NCBI GenBank assembly: GCA_050014415.1
Contig: JBEKDJ010000002.1
Coordinates: forward strand, 1 to 48,576
Reading direction: 5' to 3'
Source of the DNA: Thermodesulfobacteriota bacterium
GTDB taxonomy: Bacteria; Desulfobacterota; BSN033; UBA1163
DNA: 48,576 nt
Shown here: positions 43,937-48,576 of the stretch, piece after piece
How positions within the stretch are numbered: the first letter of the stretch is position 1
How the letters are laid out: each line of letters starts with the position of its first letter
Program-made: the position numbers and the translations under genes
The notes under the pieces: model-generated
Database searches by the model: none
What the model was told of the DNA's origin: nothing
The model's input: the letters and a program-made list of their open reading frames with translations, nothing else

Positions 43937-45736
43937 TTACAATTCACCCCTTATGATGGATTCGATCTGGCTTCCGTCGAGAACCTCTTTTTCAAGAAGA
44001 GCATTCGCCAATTGATGGAGTGTGGCCAGATTCTGCTGGATGATGCTTCTTGCTTTTTGATAACTTCCGGTAACGATGGACCTGATCTCACCATCGATGA
44101 GATGAGCTGTCTCTTCGCTGTAATCTCGATGTTGAGCAAACTCCCTCCCCAAGAAGATCTGTTCCTCTTTTTTCCCGAAGGCTAGGGGACCCAGTTTCTC
44201 GCTCATCCCCCATTCGCACACCATCTTTCTGGCAATCTCGGTAGCCTGCTCAATGTCATTGCCTGCACCGGTCGTTTGACGGTTCAACACTAGCTCCTCT
44301 GCCGCCCTTCCTCCCATCATGATGGCGATATTGTTCAGGAGGTAGTCTTTAGGGTAGGTATGTTTTTCGTCGATGGGAAGCTGCTGGGTAAGACCAAGAG
44401 CTCGGCCGCGAGGGATGATCGTCACTTTGTGGATGGGGTCTGTTCCCGGGATCATCCTGGCTACTAAGGCGTGGCCTGCCTCGTGGTACGCAGTTATTCT
44501 CCGTTCTTCCAAAGGAATGATCATCGATCGACGTTCCACACCCATCAAGACTTTGTCCTTGGCCTGTTCGAAGTCGACCATCTCTACTCGCTCTTTTCCC
44601 AACCGGGCAGCCAAGAGGGCTCCTTCATTCACCAGATTTTCCAGATCGGCCCCGGTAAATCCGGGAGTTCCCCTAGCGAGAACCGCGAGAACGACGTCAT
44701 CTGCCAATGGCGTGCGTTTAGAATGGACCTTGAGTATCTTCTCTCTCCCTTTCACATCGGGAACGGGTACGACCACTTGCCGGTCGAACCGTCCGGGCCT
44801 GAGCAGGGCAGGGTCCAAGACATCGGGTCGGTTCGTCGCTGCGATCAAGATCACACCTTCATTCGATTCAAAGCCATCCATTTCAACCAATAACTGGTTC
44901 AGAGTCTGTTCCCGCTCGTCATGGCCTCCACCGAGGCCAGCCCCACGGTGCCTTCCAACCGCATCGATTTCATCAATGAAGATGATGCAAGGGGCGTTGC
45001 GTTTTCCTTGGAGAAAGAGATCCCGGACCCGGGAGGCCCCAACCCCAACAAACATCTCAACAAAATCAGAGCCACTAATACTGTAGAAAGGGACATCAGC
45101 CTCGCCTGCAATGGCCCGGGCCAACAGCGTTTTACCCGTGCCCGGAGCGCCGATGAGAAGTACCCCCTTGGGGATTCTCCCTCCCAGTTTCGTAAATTTC
45201 TTGGGCTCTCTGAGAAAGGAGATGATCTCCTGCAGTTCATCTTTGGCTTCTTCGATCCCGGCTACGTTTTCGAACGTCACTTGATGGGTTTCTTTGGTCA
45301 GGATCTTAGCTTTGCTCTTCCCAAAGGAGAGTGCCTTTCCGCCCCCAATCTGAATTTGTCGCATGAAGAAGAGAAAAACGCCGATCAAAAGGATCATTGG
45401 GAACCAAGACAGGAGGTATTGCCAGAATGGGGATTCTTCTTCTTTCTTGACGTTGATGACCACATGTTTCTCCCTGAGCATCTTGATCATCTCGGGATCC
45501 TCAGGGGCATAGGTTTTATAATGTTTGTCGTCGATGCCTTTCCAAGCGATATTTTTCCCTCTGACTTCTACTTCAAGGACCTGGTTATTCTCTACAGCAG
45601 AAATAAAATCGGAATAATTCTTATCTAGAACCGTTTGACGTGGTCTGTTGAAAAGGTTGAAAAGGAAGATCATGATGAGGATGATGATTCCCCAGAAGGC
45701 TAGATTTTTCGAAATTGAATTCAAACCTTTCTCCAT
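43937..45736 (-). CDS. ftsH: ATP-dependent zinc metalloprotease FtsH
   Basis: Two N-terminal TMs, [22 protein letters not shown], second region of homology, HEAGHAL zinc site. Confidence 0.95.
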   Translation of the reverse strand: MEKGLNSISKNLAFWGIIILIMIFLFNLFNRPRQTVLDKNYSDFISAVENNQVLEVEVRGKNIAWKGIDDKHYKTYAPEDPEMIKMLREKHVVINVKKEEESPFWQYLLSWFPMILLIGVFLFFMRQIQIGGGKALSFGKSKAKILTKETHQVTFENVAGIEEAKDELQEIISFLREPKKFTKLGGRIPKGVLLIGAPGTGKTLLARAIAGEADVPFYSISGSDFVEMFVGVGASRVRDLFLQGKRNAPCIIFIDEIDAVGRHRGAGLGGGHDEREQTLNQLLVEMDGFESNEGVILIAATNRPDVLDPALLRPGRFDRQVVVPVPDVKGREKILKVHSKRTPLADDVVLAVLARGTPGFTGADLENLVNEGALLAARLGKERVEMVDFEQAKDKVLMGVERRSMIIPLEERRITAYHEAGHALVARMIPGTDPIHKVTIIPRGRALGLTQQLPIDEKHTYPKDYLLNNIAIMMGGRAAEELVLNRQTTGAGNDIEQATEIARKMVCEWGMSEKLGPLAFGKKEEQIFLGREFAQHRDYSEETAHLIDGEIRSIVTGSYQKARSIIQQNLATLHQLANALLEKEVLDGSQIESIIRGEL

Positions 45737-45905
45737 CTGAAGGGAAACTACTGTATTCTAATAGCATAATACACCCATCATTTCAATATCATCTGCTCAA
45801 ACGGGAAAGGAAGAGGGAGTCGCACCGGCCATCCGCCTAAGGTAATAGAAGAGACATCTCTAGAGGAGGGAGTGGACACTTTTTGCTTGAAAAAAGAGGA
45901 GGAAA

Positions 45906-45927
45906 TTGATATTTGATATTTTATCAA
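45906..45927. promoter_or_regulatory. TTGATA-N3-TATCAA palindrome (plus tandem TTGATAT) upstream of the Crp-family gene
   Basis: Arms at 45913-45918 and 45922-45927; extra TTGATAT at 45906-45912. About 65 bp upstream of ATG 45991, in the ftsH/crp divergent region. Confidence 0.35.
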
Positions 45928-45990
45928 TTCCAGGAATCCTAGGTGTAAGAGACAATTTCCTAAATTTGTACCTGGAAGAGTTCGAGGAAT

Positions 45991-46680
45991 ATGTCCATAG
46001 ATCTATTAAGGCAATGCCCCCTTTTTGCTGGATTACAGGAAAGAGATCTAAGGAAAGTCAGGGCCATTACCTTGCCCAGAATGTACAGGAAAAAGGAGGT
46101 TCTCTTTTCCGATGGGGAGGAGGCAAAGGGTTTTTACGTCATCCTCTCAGGGAAGGTGAAACTCTACAAGATATCGCCAGAGGGCAAGGAGCAGATTCTC
46201 CATGTGGTTTCTGCACCCGACGCCTTCGCTGAGGCAGCCCTCTTTCTCGAAGGGACTTATCCCGCCTTTGCCGAAGCCCTGAGTGATAGTCAACTCCTCT
46301 TCTTTCCCAAGAGGAATTTCATCGAGCTGATCGAGAAGAATCCTCAGCTCAGTATCAACATGATCGTCTCGCTCTCACAATATCTGAAGAAGTTTGCATC
46401 GTTGATCGAGGAGCTCTCCCTTAGAGAGGTTTCCTCCAGGATCGCAAAATACCTGATCGATCTCTCATTGAAGTCATCGAAAGAGGGGAAGAGCCCCACG
46501 GAAATAGAACTGGACTTGAGCAAAACACAACTGGCCTCCAAACTCGGGACGATCAGCGAGACCCTTTCAAGAACTTTTGCAAAGATGAAATCGAAAAGGA
46601 TTATTGATGTCAGAAGGAATAGAATACTGATCCTCAATCGAGAGCTGTTGGGAGAAATGGCCTCAGGAATGAAAATCTGA
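45991..46680 (+). CDS. Crp/Fnr-family transcriptional regulator
   Basis: cNMP-binding-type beta-barrel (FSDGEEAKGFYVILSGKVKLYK) and C-terminal HTH (SKTQLASKLGTISETLSRTFAKM). No FNR-type N-terminal Cys cluster. Confidence 0.9.
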   Translation: MSIDLLRQCPLFAGLQERDLRKVRAITLPRMYRKKEVLFSDGEEAKGFYVILSGKVKLYKISPEGKEQILHVVSAPDAFAEAALFLEGTYPAFAEALSDSQLLFFPKRNFIELIEKNPQLSINMIVSLSQYLKKFASLIEELSLREVSSRIAKYLIDLSLKSSKEGKSPTEIELDLSKTQLASKLGTISETLSRTFAKMKSKRIIDVRRNRILILNRELLGEMASGMKI

Positions 46681-48576
46681 TTTCAGGATAATTGTGGCAT
46701 CTACGGCTATAGGCTCTCCGTCTACAATCAAGAGCGGGTTGATATCGATCTCCTCGATTTTTTCAAAGGTCTGAGCAAGCCATCCCAGCCTGATCAGCCA
46801 GTCACTCAGGCTTTTCATGTTCACGGGCTTTGAACCCCGATATCCTTTGAACAGAACCTGTCCTCTCAAATCCGATACCATCCCGGATACCTCTTCCTCA
46901 TTTAAGGGCGCCAGCCGGAAAACTACATCCCTGTAAACCTCGGTCCAAATTCCACCCAGGCCAAACATGACGGCAGGTCCGAACGAAGGGTCCCGGACGA
47001 TCCCCGCGATCAGTTCAAGATCGCTTTTCAACATCGGCTGAATCATGAAGAACTGAGGTTTGGATGTCAAGCTGAGCATTTCTTGATAAGCTGACCTTAG
47101 GTGACTGGGATTGTATAGATTAAGCTTAACGAAGCCAGCCTCGGTTTTATGGACTTGTCCTTCGACCCTTCCTTTCAGGACAACGGGAAAGCCCATCTTG
47201 TGAGAAGCCCTAAGGGCTGCTGCATAGCTCTTAACCATTTCTTCTTCGACCACTTTGAGGTTCAGGGCCTTGAGCCATTTCTTAGCCTCATGTTCATCTA
47301 AAATGGTAGCCCCCTGTTCGTCCGCCTGCCTGGATAGCTCCTTGAGTGAGGAAGTATCCTGAAGACTGAGATAAGGGACCTTCGATCTTTCTGTCGATTT
47401 CGCAGAACGCCACTGGTCTGCCGGCGGGCCCCCGTCTTCTCGCCTGGGATGCTCGAAGAGTTTGGCCATCACCGTGACTGTTCGATGGATCTCAGAAAAA
47501 GTCGGCCAGCCCTCTTCTTCCAAGGCCATTCGTGTGGCCTCACGGCTCTCCTCTGGTCCCATGAGCCAGAATAGAATGGGCTTCGCGGGCTTCTTGATGT
47601 CTAACATGATCTCTTTCATGTTTAGGAACCAGATTCCAGATCCAGCAAAGAGATGGACGATAATCCCATCCACCTCGGGGTCATCATAGAGGGCCTCAAG
47701 GCCGACCTTATAGGGTAATTCAATTCCGTGCTTCTCGATCGCTGGCCAAAAGTCTACGGGATTCCTGACCGGCATCCAGGGTGGGGACAAGTCCTCCAGC
47801 CGACGCAGCGTTTGGGAGGACAGACGGGCCAGGGTCAAGCCATTCTTCACCAAGTGGTCCGTAGTTACAATCCCCGCAGCTCCGCTATAGCTCAGAATGG
47901 CAATCCCTGGTTTCTTAGCTGGCGATTGTCGTATAAGAAAACCCTTTTCAAGGCTACGAGCAATATCCGTCATCTCAAAAAAGTCGTCTGCCAGGTGGAC
48001 ACCTGCCTGCCTCAAAACCCCCCTTATCAGTGCATCGTTTCCAGAAAGGGATGCGGTATGGCTGATCGAGGCCTCAGCGCCGAGCGAGGTCTTTCCTCCT
48101 GTGAGCACGACGATGGGCTTGGTCGCCGATGTGGCAAGTTCAAAAAAACGACGTCCGTGAATGAAAGATTCCAAATAGAGGCCGACCACCTTGGTCGCTG
48201 GATCATTGAGCAGGTATTCCAGGAGTTCGGTTTCCTCAACATCGCTCTTGTTTCCGATAGAGCAGACTTTGGCCAAGCCTAGGGTTCTATTTGCCATCAG
48301 GGTAGTGATGAAACGAGCTGACAGGAGACCACTTTGAACAATCAGCGAGACTCCGCCGGGATTCATCGCCCCTTTCCAAGCCTCAGTGGTGACAAATGAA
48401 AAGACGTATGGTTTCCATGTATCGATCAGACCCATGCAGTTGGGTCCCCATATTCGCAGTCCACCTTTACGGGCAATAGCGAGGCATTGATCTTGCAAGG
48501 CTTTTCCCTCAGATCCTATCTCAGCAAAACCACCCGATTGGATAATGACTCCCCGGACGCCTTTTATGACACAGTC
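46663..48576 (-). CDS. ADP-forming acetyl/acyl-CoA synthetase family protein (CoA-binding + ATP-grasp), N-terminus outside window
   Basis: Frame open to the window end. GPNCMGL and SGAAGIV ligase-CoA motifs, C-terminal ATP-grasp-like domain. The 3' end overlaps the crp-family gene convergently by 18 nt. Confidence 0.85.
   Translation of the reverse strand, partial: DCVIKGVRGVIIQSGGFAEIGSEGKALQDQCLAIARKGGLRIWGPNCMGLIDTWKPYVFSFVTTEAWKGAMNPGGVSLIVQSGLLSARFITTLMANRTLGLAKVCSIGNKSDVEETELLEYLLNDPATKVVGLYLESFIHGRRFFELATSATKPIVVLTGGKTSLGAEASISHTASLSGNDALIRGVLRQAGVHLADDFFEMTDIARSLEKGFLIRQSPAKKPGIAILSYSGAAGIVTTDHLVKNGLTLARLSSQTLRRLEDLSPPWMPVRNPVDFWPAIEKHGIELPYKVGLEALYDDPEVDGIIVHLFAGSGIWFLNMKEIMLDIKKPAKPILFWLMGPEESREATRMALEEEGWPTFSEIHRTVTVMAKLFEHPRREDGGPPADQWRSAKSTERSKVPYLSLQDTSSLKELSRQADEQGATILDEHEAKKWLKALNLKVVEEEMVKSYAAALRASHKMGFPVVLKGRVEGQVHKTEAGFVKLNLYNPSHLRSAYQEMLSLTSKPQFFMIQPMLKSDLELIAGIVRDPSFGPAVMFGLGGIWTEVYRDVVFRLAPLNEEEVSGMVSDLRGQVLFKGYRGSKPVNMKSLSDWLIRLGWLAQTFEKIEEIDINPLLIVDGEPIAVDATIILKSDFHS

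Overview
This is a 48.6-kb bacterial chromosomal window. I saw no rRNA, tRNA, CRISPR array, transposase or integrase. All calls rest on motif reading of the supplied ORFs and the raw DNA; no similarity search was possible, and start codons are approximate. Gene content, left to right: (1) lon (5'-truncated), a MEMO-family protein, and yjbQ, a metallophosphoesterase and a HAD hydrolase. (2) A sigma-54 activator, followed by a near-textbook sigma-54 promoter driving two paralogous small membrane proteins, a receiver protein, an 11-haem cytochrome c and a cytochrome b. This resembles the CbcBA-type quinol:cytochrome module. (3) An M48/TPR protease and a GAF hybrid kinase. (4) On the minus strand, mlaE-mlaF-mlaD followed directly by an HAO-family octahaem cytochrome (frameshifted, 8th haem motif degenerate) and a canonical quinol NO reductase. 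(5) A signalling island with two kinases (one of 1590 aa with a MASE3-like membrane module), two paralogous receivers and a NarL-type regulator. Its promoter regions share an operator-like word. (6) A long minus-strand housekeeping string: ftsH-folP-glmM-pdxJ-acpS-nnr-[eRF1-like protein + bifunctional nuclease]-tsaE-lysC-cimA-comEA. (7) A Crp-family regulator and a partial ADP-forming acyl-CoA synthetase. Most worth a second look: (a) the eRF1/Pelota-like protein plus DUF151 nuclease cassette, with its own promoter, wedged between nnr and tsaE; (b) three dialects of strictly 7-8-bp periodic word arrays, arranged as imperfect palindromes, that fill many intergenic spacers and run into some ORF ends; (c) several disrupted genes (hao frameshift plus CxxYH, folP out-of-frame internal deletion, a truncated DUF2231 gene), which indicate either gene decay or assembly errors.
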